Positions 25,419 through 38,029 of a stretch of 64,000 nucleotides of DNA are shown piece after piece. A program made the position numbers and the translations under genes. How positions within the stretch are numbered: position 1 is the first letter of the stretch; each line of letters starts with the position of its first letter. The DNA lies in assembly GCF_044704955.1 (NCBI RefSeq), contig NC_091990.1, positions 135,594,001 to 135,658,000 of the forward strand, in the 5' to 3' direction. This DNA comes from Pristiophorus japonicus (Eukaryota). A model generated the notes under the pieces. That model was not told the origin of the DNA. It saw nothing but the letters and a program-made list of their open reading frames with translations, and did no database searches.

Positions 25419-25906
25419 CCCCCGTGCCTTCTGCGTATATGTGGATGACCCCTGACCTCCCGAAACGCTGGAAAAGCAGTCAAGAAAACAAAGAAAAAAA
25501 AATCGCATGCATAGTAGGCCGTTGCTAGGGAAGCTTTGGCCTCCAACATCAATGGGCGAACGTCGCATCGCTGGCCTACCGCCGAGTGGAAAATCGATAT
25601 CCAAAAAATGGGCTATGTCCCAGCAATCAGTAAGGCTGAGACATCGTACATCGCTGGTCCATCGCCCATTTTTTGGGGGCCAAAGACAGCAAAGTGAAAG
25701 TCTAGCCCATGAACTTTGATGTATCCATTTTGTCTTTTCAAACCGCAGCCTGTCTAATCTGCACTTTTAACATTGATTCAGTGTGTATGTATAAATGTCA
25801 TCATTAATATACACTTTTATTCTTACAATGGACAAACATTTTGATGCTTTTTGTTTAAATCTTACAACTGTCAATTTTTTAATTTCAAGTTCTTAATGAA
25901 GCCTAA

Positions 25907-26059
<153 letters not shown>

Positions 26060-26302
26060 TAAAATAATCTGGTTTCTTTAATGATGTATATCTATTGAGT
26101 TTTTTGTTTCTCTTCCTCCTTTCTCCCTCCCCAAGTCATCTCCGTAAGTATTGGAGTGAAAATCTCTTGTGACAATTGCTAATGTGCTTTTATTACATTA
26201 GTCTGAAATAATTGCAAATCAAATCCCGGTGTTCAATGTCCTATCCCATCAAGTATTATAACCACTGACATGTCTTTGTCTAACTATTGCTCTTCTTTCT
26301 AG

Positions 26303-26470
26303 GTACGCTATGACGATGAGGTAAAGCGTGTTGTTGCTGAGCCTGTTGAACTTGCCCAGGAATTCCGCAAATTTGACCTCAACAGCCCATGGGAAGTGTT
26401 CCCAGCACACCGTGAGCCAACTGAACTGTCAAAAATTGAGGCGGGAGAGAAAAAATCTGAGACAAAATGA
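26303..26470 (+). CDS. NDUFS3: NDUFS3 coding exon 7 (to stop codon)
   Basis: TTCTAG| acceptor; [55 protein letters not shown]. Summed CDS is 786 nt. Confidence 0.97.
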   Translation, partial: VRYDDEVKRVVAEPVELAQEFRKFDLNSPWEVFPAHREPTELSKIEAGEKKSETK

Positions 26471-26574
26471 ACAGGGACAGCTGAATCTTTGGGAAAATCT
26501 TGACTGATGTCACTTTTAATGTGGACCTAAATTGCTGTTTTCTGTAATACCTAATGGTTTGTGAGATTTATGTA

Positions 26575-26580
26575 AATAAA
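26575..26580 (+). terminator. Putative NDUFS3 polyadenylation signal
   Basis: AATAAA ~105 nt after the stop codon, followed by a T/GT-rich tract. Confidence 0.75.
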
Positions 26581-28019
26581 TTATATGTATACGGTTATTT
26601 TTTGTTGCAGTTTTAATTATATTACAACTCTTAATGTATGTGTGTCCAGAAAGAACAGTTTTAAATTGGGCCTTTAAACAATAGTGAGGCAGAGATGCAG
26701 ATCTTTTGACTCAGCCCACGAAGCTCCCACTGGTTCCTTTCTTTGTATTCTTTAACGTTCCTGTGGACTGGATAAAGCTGCTCCCTGATTGATGGATTGT
26801 GACCAATCCGGAATCAGCCTTTACTAGTGTTTCAAGCATGGGAATTTTAAAATTGCTGGAGCTTCCAAATTTTCAGGCTTTATAGAGAAGAGGGGGATTG
26901 GGGTGGGTGGGGGAAAGCTTATTTTATGGTGGGATCTTGCCTTTTTGTTTGTATGGGGAGTCTTGCATTTTTGTGTGTATGGGGGAGGTTAATTTTGTCC
27001 ATGGGGATTTAAATCGCTACGTAAACATATGCGGCCCACTCATTGGTTTTGACGCATGTTTCTGACTCTAGCTCTAAAAAGTTAGCTATCCCTGTAGCAA
27101 GTCACAGAGTATAAACTTGTTAGTCATTTGCTTTTTGGGTTTTAATATTGGATTTGGTGGCCAGTGTATTGGGTTATTTAATGCTTTGGTAGGATGGGTA
27201 AAATTGGTACAATAACACGACAAGTAATCGACATCCAGTTGAAAACTTTGTAGGCCTAATTTTGCAGGTTCAGCATATTGTATCTGAACAAATTATTTTA
27301 TAATTTAAGATAAAAGGAAAAAAACTCCAAATCTGAACTATGCTCGAAGTAGGAGATCAATCATCTTGGAAAAGATACATTAATGGTTAAAGTATAGACC
27401 ATTTGTCAGAACTGAAGTGAAAAATAAATGCGCTGCTTTTATAGGCCTTGAACAATTGGTGGAGCTGTGGAGCACAACAGAAAAGCCAAGAGTTGGGTGT
27501 TCTAACTACAACCACAAAGGGTTTTTTTTAAAGAGAGAGAGAAAGAGGTTGAAAGAGGTTGGATGGTATACAAAGATCAACTCAGGCAGTGCATGGAGGT
27601 TAGAAAAGCAAGAGTTCAACAACTCCAAAATAGAAAATGATGTCATCACTGGATGGAGGAAACAAGTAGGAAAATGGAGTCAGACAGCTAAGGTCTGAAC
27701 TTGCCCAAGTCAATATTCAAACTTCAGTACTGTATAGTGCCAAGGAGGGAGATGAAACCATGTTCCTGAAGTTATATGTTATACAAATACAATTTTAGAA
27801 GAGACTGTGCTAAATGGAATGTAGAATATATCATACATGGTATGAAATTAGGCTTTGATTAATTCAGTGAAGAAAAACGATTTTGCTGCCAAAATAATGC
27901 CGCGTTTAATGCGCACACCATTATTGTGTAAATCGTTCAACTAGTAGCATGGAAGAGATATTAAGAGGTAAAGTCAATCTCTTAAGATTATCTAAGCCAT
28001 ATGCTAATCATCAAACATG

Positions 28020-28420
28020 CTTCTGTCAGTTTAGCTCACTTGGTAGTACTTTTGCCTCTGAGTCACTGGTTGTGGCATTTAACCCTATTTCAGGATTCGA
28101 GCACACAATCCAGGCTGACTGCACTAAAGTGAGGAGTGCTGCGGTATTTGAGGTGCTGTTTCTTGGATGTGGCATTAAACCATTCAAGTGGATCTAAAGG
28201 ATTCCATGGCACTATTTGAACAAGCACAGGGGGTTCTCTCCATGTACTGGCTCAGCTATCACCACTAACAGATTAGGCATTTGTCTCATTTGCTGTTTGC
28301 TTTAACGTGTATAAATTGTCTGCTGTGTTTGCACTTGTAACAGTGACTTCATAATCAATAAATTATTTTTGTAGTGCTATGGAACATCCTAAGGATATGA
28401 TAAGGGACTATATAAATAAA
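28020..28420 (+). mobile_element. DeuSINE, near full length, degraded
   Basis: tRNA-like head (GCTCA.TTGGTAG.ACT.TTGCCTCTGAGTCA..GGTTGTGG), central Deu-like domain, CTATATAAAT tail. Confidence 0.65.
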
Positions 28421-28771
28421 AAATTGTGTTGTGGTCCTACATACTAGTGCTCAAATACACTTGTTTTCCTGTTGATTTTCATGTTTCTCATTTCAGTCGA
28501 CTGCTGAAGTGTCCTCTTTTTTAATTTTAAATGAAATATATAGAGTGAATAAGATGATGTTGGTGTGCATGTTTACAGAGATGTGCATTAATTTTAAGTT
28601 TGTTTACCTTTTGAGACACTTGAAAATGGTTGCTTCTGCATTAACAGACTGACTACTATTTTAATATTGGCTTTGGTTTGGTCAAGCTTTGGGTGTGAGA
28701 AATAAAAAACATAAAATAACCAGCATACTCCAGGTCAGGCAGCATCTGTGGAGAGAGAAACAGAGTCAATT

Positions 28772-29555
28772 AGGCCCAAGTTTCCCCAGGAGTTGCTCTG
28801 TTGTTTTTGGAGTAACTTAAAAATCACAATTCTCCCCATTTAAGTTGCTCCAGTGTAAGTGAGTTAGTTAGGTTTTTTTTTAGTTCAATTTATTTTTCAG
28901 AAGGGGGCGTTACCAGCCACTTACGCCTATTTTGGCCATTTAAGCAAGTTTAGCCAGCTAAAACTTACTCCAAACTAAATTAGGCCAGAGTAAGTGGCCA
29001 CTTTTGTGCGTTCTGAAAAACCCTGTGGTGAATTAAGAGATCAGCGTAGGTAACTTTCAAATGACAGTGTTATGATAGGAATGCTAGTTTTTTTTTAAAT
29101 CCCAAGCTGTGAGACTGGACAGAGTGTAGGTGCTATCAGCCTCATTAAACTGAGTATATTTTTAGTAAAGATAGCTAGATATTAAAGTCCTGGAAAATCT
29201 TTAAAGATTATTTTCTCGTTCCCCTCTTTTTCCCCCCCCCCCCCCCCAACCTGTCTTTTGTAGCCCTCTGCGCGGGAAGGCAGAGGCTGGCCTGTGCGAC
29301 AGGCCACTCTGCCCGGGATAGGGACGGCAAGCATCAGCCCCTCCCACACAGCCTGCATCACACACACTCAGATTGTGGGGGCTAGGACTGTTTTCAGTGC
29401 CAGGATCTGGCTTCGCCCCCGAATTCAGTTGCCATGCTATGCCGCCATGGAGGAGAGGCTGGGGAGTGGCCAAACTCGGCCCGAAGATTTTTGTCGCTCT
29501 TGGCGTTCTACAAGACTGAGTGCGCCAGAAATCTGTTCTGGCCAAATTTGGGCCC
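28772..29555. mobile_element. MITE with GGGCCCAARTTT-type TIRs inserted in a Penelope terminal repeat
   Basis: AGGCCCAAGTTT ... AAATTTGGGCCC; splits GAGAAACAGAGTCAAT|AATGTTTCAGGTCG. Confidence 0.7.
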
Positions 29556-30809
29556 AATGTTTCAGGTCGTTGACCTTTCATCTGAACTTGCAAAAGTTAG
29601 AGACGTAACAGATTTTAAGCAAGTACAGAGGCAGGGAAAGGGGGTGTGGGAGGGGTAGAAAGAACAAAAGGGAAAGTCGATGACAGGGTGGTAGACAGCA
29701 GTGATTAAATAACACGAGATGATGGCACTTTACAGCTTTCTGGACTCAACATCGATTTCAACAATTTCTGTCATAACCACTGCTCCCATTTTCTTCGAAC
29801 AGCAGCTACTGGTAATGGTTCAGCTGTTGCCATTTAGTTTCTCTTGACCCATCTTTTTAATTCTTGCTCCAAACCACTTCCTTTTGCCTTGCACCATCAT
29901 CCCTTTTGTCAGTTAAAATTAGAGAAATCCAATTCACAAAATTCTGATTTTGAGTAAAATTAATACATTGTATATATTAATTCCAACGAATACCTGTGCT
30001 TGTAGTTATAGAAATAGAACCCATGTCCCAAAATCAATAGATACAGTTCAATTATTGGAATGTAAAATTAAACAACATTTTCCCTTTGTGTCCAGGATGC
30101 TAATGTTGTAAGATCAGAGCGAGAAACATGTTCTTTTTATATCTCTATCTTCCTGGGTGTCTCACCTGATCATTTATCAAATTTCACTGCTGGCAAGAGG
30201 TACTGGTTACATCTGATTTTGTTGCTTTCCATTAACCTGTATGAACTCATTCCTTCCTTCAGTACCTATCTCCTTTGAGAGAGGAGAGAGAAAATTGAGA
30301 AACTTGCTATATAACTGGTTTGCATTTCTATTTCCAATAAAAATAATAGAAAATATGTAGTTTGTGAAATTAGTTTTACCAGTGACACTAGCCTTGTATA
30401 TTTGCCATTGATGGTCGTCTATATATCTTTGATTACATATATATACACCTGTTTAATATATAGGGGTATGATGCAAGTAATGAATGAAGGGAGCCACAGA
30501 ACATTCTCAAAGATGACTCCTACAATTTTGATTATTTTGCTTGGGAATGAACTGCAGGGCTACACATTTAATTGTTATGTGAGACACACAATATTCATGG
30601 CACAATTAATGCTGGGAGCTCCCTCCTTTTGCTTACCCTGCCCCTGCTCCTCAAAGGAATTGGAGCGAGTGGGAATTAAGTTGGTCTATTTGCTCTAATC
30701 ACAGTTGCAATGTAAAAATAGTTAAATCTGAGAAATTGTAATTTTGCACATGCATTTTAAATTAAATTGATTGCATTTTATCTGATTTAGAATTATGATG
30801 TCATTCTAT

Positions 30810-31452
30810 GGGCCCAATTTTGGCCATGACTTGTGTCAATTTTTTTGGAGTAAGTTTTTTCTGGCGTAAATTTTAAAAATGTCATTTTCCCCAAAAAATT
30901 TGCTCCAGAGTAAGTCAGTTAGGTAAGATTTTTTTTCAAAAGTGGATGTTCCCAGACACTTACGCCAGTTTTAGCCATTTACGCCACTTTGGCCAGCTAA
31001 AACTTACTCCAAATCGACTTGGGTCAGCTCTGAAAAACCTTGCGAGCAGTTAAGAAATTTGTGCAGGTTAGTACATTTAAAGCACCAAGACTTACAAAGC
31101 ACTAAACAAACCACAAAGGAATAAGCAATCAATCAATAACAAATAAAAAAAAATAGAAGTCCTACCTTTATGCCAGAATCAAGTTTTTTTTAAAGTCCCC
31201 CACTCACCCATCAAAACACTCTTTCTCCTCTCTTTCCCCCCCCCCCACCCCCGCATCAAAACACTTTCTCTCTCTCTCTCTCTCTCTCTTTCCCCCCCCC
31301 CCCCAATCAAAACACAGTTTATTTTCTCCCCCACCCACCAAAAAAAAACTCCTCTTTCTCACCCCCCCCACCCCCAATCAAAACTCTCAAGCGCAGTCAT
31401 CAATGAAGAAAAAATAAAACTGAAGTCCTACCTCGGCCTGGAACTCAGCCAG
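30810..31452. mobile_element. Truncated MITE of the same family as 28772-29555
   Basis: Starts GGGCCCAATTTTGGCC; shares TTGCTCCAG.GTAAGT.AGTTAG and GCCAGCTAAAACTTACTCCAAA with 28840-28980. Confidence 0.7.
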
Positions 31453-31454
31453 CC

Positions 31455-32312
31455 GGACAGGTTAGGTGAGTGGGCAAATGCATGGCAGATGCAGTATAAT
31501 GTGGATAAATATGAGGTTATTCACTTTGGGGGCAAAACCACAAAGGCAGAATATTATCTGAATGGTGGCAGATTAGGAAAAGGGGAGGTGCAACGAGGCC
31601 TGGGTGTCATGGTTCATCAGTCATTGAAATTTGGCATGCAGGTACAGCAGGCGGTGAAGAAGGCAAATGGTATGTTGGCCTTCATAGCTAGGGGATTTGA
31701 GTATAGGAGCAGGGAGGTCTTACTGTAGTTGTACAGGACCTTGGTGAGGCCTCACCTAGAATATTGTGTTCAGTTTTGGTCTCCTAATCTGAGGAAGGAC
31801 ATTCTTGCTATTGAGGGAGTGCAGCGAAGGTTCACCAGACTGATTCCCGGGATGGCGGGACTGACCTATGAGGAGAGACTGGATCAACTGGGCTTTTATA
31901 CACTGGATTTTAGAAGGATGAGAGGGGATCTCATAGAAACTTCTAAGATTCTGACGGGACTGGACAGGTTAGATGCGGGACGAATGTTCCCGATGATGGG
32001 GAAGTCCAGAACCAGGGGACACAGTCTTAGGATAAGGGGTAGGCCATTTAAGACTGAGATGAGGAGAAACTTCTTCACTCAGAGAGTTGTTAACCTGTGG
32101 AATTTCCTACCGCAGAGAGTTGTTGATGCCAGTTCATTGGATATATTCAAGAGGGAGTTAGATATGGCCCTTAGGGCTAAAGGGATCAAGGCGTATGGAG
32201 AGAAAGCAGGAAAGGGGTACTGAGGGAATGATCAGCCATGATCTTATTGAATGGTGGTGCAGGTTCGAGGGGCCAAATGGCCTACTCCTGCACCTATTTT
32301 CTATGTTTCTAT
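31455..32312 (+). mobile_element. CR1 3' end, same subfamily as 3211-5412
   Basis: ORFs 31489..31728 and 31729..32223 are nearly identical to 4563..5321. Confidence 0.93.
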
Positions 32313-32779
32313 CCAGTACGCTCAGCCGTTTCTTGATATCACATGGAGTGAATTGAATTGGCTGATGACTGTAATGGTGGAAGCCTCAGGAGGACACCGA
32401 GATGTAACATTCACTCAGCCCTTTTGGCTGAAGATGGTTGCAAACCGTTCAACCTTGTCTTTTACACTCATGTGCTGTGCTCTGCATCATTGGGGATGTT
32501 CGTGGAGCCTCCTCCTCCCGTTAGTTGTTTAATTGACAACCACCATTCACGACTGGAGCTTTGATCTGATACAAATAAAGCAATGATACATAAGAAATGA
32601 AAATGCTTTATTTTTGTTCGTGATTCCTAGTGGATGTGAGCACGCAGTTACATAGGAACTTGCACTACATTTGGTAGCACACTCAGGCCACAAAGATGTT
32701 TGTGTGAAAATGGAATAATTCCCTCTGGTAAGCTCTTCTACCTTTACGCTTTGGGTGGCTACAATATGCATAGTCTTGA

Positions 32780-33412
32780 AGACTCGCCCTCCTGTATGGC
32801 TCAGAGACATGGACCATGTACAGTAGACACCTCAAGTCGCTGGAGAAATACCACCAACGATGCCTCCGCAAGATCCTGAAAATCCCCTGGGAGGACAGAC
32901 GCACCAACATCAGTGTCCTCGTCCAGGCAAACATCCCCAGCATTGAAGCACTGACCACACTTGATCAGCTCCGCTGGGCAGGCCACAAAGTCTGCATGCC
33001 AGACACGAGACTCCCAAAACAAGTGCTCTACTTGGAACTCCTTCATGGCAAACGAGCCAAAGGTGGACAGAGAAAACATTACAAGGATACCCTCAAAACC
33101 TCCCTGATAAAGTGCAACATCCCCACTGACACCTGGGAGTCCCTGGCCAAAGAGCGCCTTAAGTGGAGGAAGTGCATCCGGGTGGGCACTGAGCGCCTCA
33201 AGTCTCATCACCGAGTGCATGCAGAAGACAAGCGCAGGTAGTGGAAAGAACGTGCAGCAAACCTGTCCCACCCTCCCTTCCCCTGAACGACTATCTGTCT
33301 CACCTGTGGCAGGGACTGTGGCTCTCATATTGGACTGTTCAACCACCTAAGGACTCATTCTAAGAGTGGAAGCAAGTCTTCCTCGATTCTGAGGGACTGC
33401 CAATGATGATGT
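32780..33412 (+). mobile_element. RTE (BovB-like) LINE 3' end
   Basis: LEKYHQRCLRKIL.I.WEDRRTN..VL, QLRWAGH, RLPKQVLY.EL..GKR..GGQRK; C-terminal zinc knuckle; (GAT)n tail. Confidence 0.9.
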
Positions 33413-33649
33413 CTTGAAGTACTCTGACACTTGGAACACCTTACTACTTTTGCCATTTCCCAAAGCCTACTTGAATAGACACAAAACTGTATAATTAAAA
33501 TATAAATTTTAATCACCAGAGGGCACCCTTGGGCTAGTTCTACTTAAGGTGTGAGTGAATGCTGGAGTGAGTCTGGTGAGGGTTTAATGTTGCAGTTTTT
33601 ATTCAGCAATGTTCTTGTTGAGAGGTTAACTAGCCCTGTTGAGGGCTTA

Positions 33650-36600
33650 AACTAATTTGGCAGGCAGAGAGGAACCAGAAAATATCAGAAATGAGGACAG
33701 AGAGATATAAACAGCAGTAAAATTAGAATTATCCCAAAAATTGCAGGGAACAGATTGAGGAAAATAACAAAACTGATAAAGGAGGTATTCAATTGAATGT
33801 ATGTCAATGTCAGTAGTGTAACTAATAAGGTTTGTGAGCTGCAGGCACAAATTGCCACATGAGTTTATGATGTTGCATTAACAGACATGGCTTAAACAAG
33901 GCCATGAATGGATTCTTAATATTCCTGGTTACCAAGTATTCAGGAATGATAGAGAATTGATAAGAGGAGGGGGCGTGGCAGTATTGATTAAGGGCTATGT
34001 TACAGTTCTAAATAGAAAAGATTTAATCGATGATTCTGTGACTGAATCTATTTGTCTTGAGTTGAGGAACTGGGGGGGGTGGGGGGAGCTGTTAAATTGT
34101 TGGGAGGTTTTTTTTATAGAGCTCCCAACAGTGAGAAGGAGATAGATGGGCAAATTTGTCAACAAATTTCAAAGGCATGCAACAAAAATAGTCATAATAT
34201 AAGGAAACTTTAATTACCCTAATATTAACTGGAAAAAACATAGGTAGGGAAGGAGAAGAATTTCTGATATGTGCGCAGGAGAACTTTCTCGATCAATATG
34301 TCTCCAGTCCAACAAGGATGGAAGCAGTGTTGGATCTGGTTCTGGTAAATGAAGTAGGGCAAGTGGAGTGTGTTACAGTCAGAGATCATCTAACAGTGAT
34401 CACAGCATAATTTGGTTTAATGTAATTATGGAAAGAGATCAGAAAATATCAAAGGTAAAAATTCTCAACTGGAGAAGAGCTAATTTCAGTGATTTAAGAA
34501 GGGACCTAACACAGGTAGATTGGAAAAGGCGATTGCAGGTTAATGCAATAATGGAGCAATGGAGGGAATTCTGGGAAGATAGTTCAGGTACAAACTAGGC
34601 ATATTCCTCTGAAGGGAAACGGTGGAGCATCCAAAGCTAAAGCACCCTAGATGACAAAGGAAATAAAAGTTAAAATAAAACAGAAAAAGGAAGCTTATGA
34701 TAAATGTTAGGAGCAAGATTCAGTTAATAACTAGGAAGATTATGGAAAGTACAAGAGGGAACTGAAAACGTTAATACAGGAGCCAGAGAGAGGTTACGAG
34801 AAAAGATTAGCTGGCAACATTAAATTGAACCCTAAAACATTTTATAAACATATAAAGTGTAAGTGGTTAGGGAAAAAGTTGGGCCTATTAAGGACCCAAA
34901 GGGAAATCTTCATCTAGAGACAGAGGACATGGCAAAAGTATTAAATGAGTACTTTGCATTAGTCTTCACAAAGGAAGTGGTAGATGTGAAGGTTGCACTA
35001 AAAGCGGAGAGGGAAGTTATGGACAGGATAGTAATAGAGAAGACATACTAAAAAGATTAGCATTACTGAAAGTTGGTAAGTCACAATGTCCAGATGGAAT
35101 GCACCCGAGATTGCTGAAAGAAGCAAAGACAGAAATAGCAGAGGCATTGGTCACAATCTTTCGATCCTCATTGGGTTCATGTAATGCTGGAGGACTGGAG
35201 GGTTGCTAATGTTGCACCACTATTCAACAAAGGGGAGAGGGAAAAACAGGAAACTCCAGGCAGCCAGCCTTACATCAGTGGTGGGGAACTTATTGGATGC
35301 CATTATCAGGGACAAAATAAACTTTTGTTTGGAAAGGCGTGGATTAATCAAGGAGAGCCAGCATGGATTTATTTAAAGGCAAATTGTGTCTGACTAACTT
35401 GATTGAATTATTTAATGCAACGGAGAAGGTTGATCAAAGTAGTGCGGTAGATGTTGTGGATATATGGACTTTCAGAAGACATTTGACCGTGCCACACAGG
35501 AGATTTATTAAGATGATGCAAGCCCATAGAATTAAGGGGAAAGTGGCAGTATGGATACAAAATTGGCTCAGTGACAGGAAGCAAAGTGTGTGGTGGATGG
35601 ATGTTTTTCAGACTGGGAGGCAGTGTTCCCCACAGGTCAGCTCTGGGTCTGTCAATTTTCAATTTTTATGAATGACTTGACTTGGGTGTAGGGAGCAGCA
35701 TTATAATGTTTGCAGTTGATACGGAAATTGGCAAAGTAGTACATTGTGATGAGGATAGTTATAGGCTTCAGGATGACATAGACAGGATGGTGAAATGGGC
35801 AGAAGCATAGCAGATGCGGAGAAGTGTGAAGTGATGCAGTTTGGGAAAACTAATATGGAAAGACAGCGGGGCTGAATTTGCTGTTGGAGGCTTCCCTTGG
35901 GCAGATGCCTCCGACCTGCAAAATATCTATGCGAGTACCCCTGGGATCACGCGGGCCAGCCCAACCAATCAAAGAAGGGAATCCCCATTCATACTTATGG
36001 GGATTCCATATGCATGGAACTCCGATAAGTATGAATGGGGATCACACAAAAAGTACCTCTACACATTAAATACATTTAAAAAAAACATTATATATTTAAA
36101 ATTAATTAAAATGGCATTTAATTAATTATTTAAAGCAAAAATGTAATTTTTTGAAAAATAAATTTCCATGTTTTAACAGGGCTCAAAATAAACTTAACTT
36201 ATTGCACAGGGTTTTGAACGTATAAATGAATGAAAAAAATTTATGTTTATGTTTTTTAAAACTCTTAGGCTGGCAGCGTAAGAATTTCACGGGCATTTGC
36301 TGGGCAGGCCCTTCTCCCGGGGATTTGTATGATCTGTCAAGAGAATTCTTATCAGATTGCAAGTTACTTGTTTTAGCGCATGTGCAGCGCATGCCTAAAC
36401 CCGGAACTTGCATGGCCCCTACGGGCGTGTGCGCACCTTGCACACCACGTTTAGGGTTAGGGGCCACAAATTCGGCCCTCGTATGCTATAAATGGCACAA
36501 TTTTGAAAAGTGTAGATAAACAGAGTGACCTTAGTGTCCATATACACAAATCCTTAAAGGTGGGCAAGTTGGTGGTTAAAAAAGCACATGGGTTACTTAG

Positions 36601-37205
36601 GTTTATGAATAGAGGAATAGAATATAAAAGCAAAGAGATAATGCTTGAACTTTATAAATCACTGGTTACGCCTCAGCTGGAGTATTGTGGGCAATTTTGG
36701 GCACCATACCATGAAAGATGTAAAGGCCTTAAAAAGAGTACAGAGGAAGTTTACTAGCATGTTACCAGGGATGGGGGACTTCACTTATGAATCGAGGTTA
36801 GAAAAGTTAGGACTGTTCTCCTTGGAACTGAGGTGACCTAATAGAGGTTTTCAAGATGATGAGAGGATTTGATACAGTAGGTAGAGAAAAGCTCTTCCCT
36901 CTGGCGAGTCGGTCAATAACCAGACATCATAGATTCAAAATCATTGGCAGAAGATCTAGAGAAGAGTTGAGGAGAATTCTTTTCACTCAGAGAGTTGTCG
37001 GGATCTGGAATGCTCTACCTGAAAAGGTGGTGGAAGCTGATTTCATAAGTGATTTTAAAAGGGAGTTGGAAAGGTACTTGAAGATGGGGAAACATATAGG
37101 TTTAAAGTTAGGGTGTGGGATTAAGCATGACTGGTCTTTCAAAGAGCCAGCACAGACACAACAGACTGAATGGCCTCCTTCTGTGCTGTACATTTCTATG
37201 ATTTT
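33650..37205 (+). mobile_element. Old, heavily decayed CR1 (endonuclease to 3' UTR)
   Basis: Fragments GGGVAVLIK, SDHSIIWF, DWRVANVAPLF, CLTNLIELF, LEYCGQFWAP. Confidence 0.85.
35869..36478. mobile_element. MITE with GGGCTGAATTTG-type TIRs inserted in the old CR1
   Basis: GGGCTGAATTTG / CAAATTCGGCCC (1 mismatch); CR1 sequence resumes on both sides. Confidence 0.7.
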
Positions 37206-37389
37206 AACCCTGTCTCGTGCAACTGTTCACATCAAAAAGTGGGGGAAAGTTTAAATAATAATAAACTGCTGATGTGTGCTTAATTGCCATGCACTACTTC
37301 ACTAACAACAATAATATGACATAAATGTATTAAACTGTCTCATGTCATACAATAGTTTGTTATTTTCTGATACATTAAAAAAATATATT

Positions 37390-38028
37390 TCTTGGGACAT
37401 CAGCGTTGCTGACATTTATTGCCTAGTTGCCCTTGAGAAGTTGGTGGTGGACCTCCTTCTTAAACTGCTGCAGTCCATGTGTTGCAGGTACTCCCACAAT
37501 GCTGTTGGGTAGGGAGTTCCAGAATTTTAACCCAGCGCCGATGAAGGAACGGTGATATAGATCCAAGTTGGGATGGAGGAGAACTTGGAGGTGATAGTGT
37601 TCCCATGCATCTGCTGCCTATGTCCTTCTAGGTGGTGGAGGTTACATGTTTAGGAGGTGCTGCTGAAGAAATCTAGCTGATTTGTTGCAGTGCATCCTGT
37701 AGATGATTCACACTGCAGCCCGTGGTGGAGGGAGTGGATTAGATGCGTTTCTAGCGGTGTCCTGAATCAAGTCGAACATTTTGAATGTTGTTGCAGTTGC
37801 TGCTGTCCAGGCAAGTAGAGAGTTTTTCATCACACTCCTGACTTGTGCCTTGTAAGTGGTGGAGAAGCTTTGGGGTGTCAGGAGGCAACTCAGCCTCTGA
37901 CCTGGTCTTGAAGCCACAGCATTTATGTTGCTGTCCAGTTGAGTTTCTGGTCAATGGTGATTCCCCAGCATGTTGATGCCAGGGAATTATCGATGGTCAT
38001 GCCATTGAAGGCCCAAGGGAGGTGGTTA
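37390..38028 (-). mobile_element. CR1-group (Crack/Daphne-like) LINE 3' end, continuing at 41350-41476
   Basis: ORF 37708..37917(-) TTYKAQVRSVMKNSLLAW. Confidence 0.65.
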
Positions 38029-38029
38029 G

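Larger units (their letters stand above)
21059..25708. mobile_element. Full-length decayed PIF/Harbinger DNA transposon
   Basis: TIR GGGCTAGACTTTC / GAAAGTCTAGCCC; 3-bp TSD ATG (21056-21058, 25709-25711); convergent DDE transposase and Myb/SANT-like genes. Confidence 0.92.
19905..25827 (-). mobile_element. Solo LTR (~670 bp after removing nested insertions)
   Basis: TGTAA (19905) ... TTACA (25827) termini flanked by the 4-bp direct repeat ATGG (19901-19904, 25828-25831); minus-strand AATAAA at 19975-19980 and ATAAAA near 20827. Confidence 0.65.

Noticed and set aside
30402-30698. 98-aa ORF or conserved non-coding element in AT-rich unique sequence
   Set aside because: No recognisable domain or splice structure; conservation cannot be assessed from the sequence alone.
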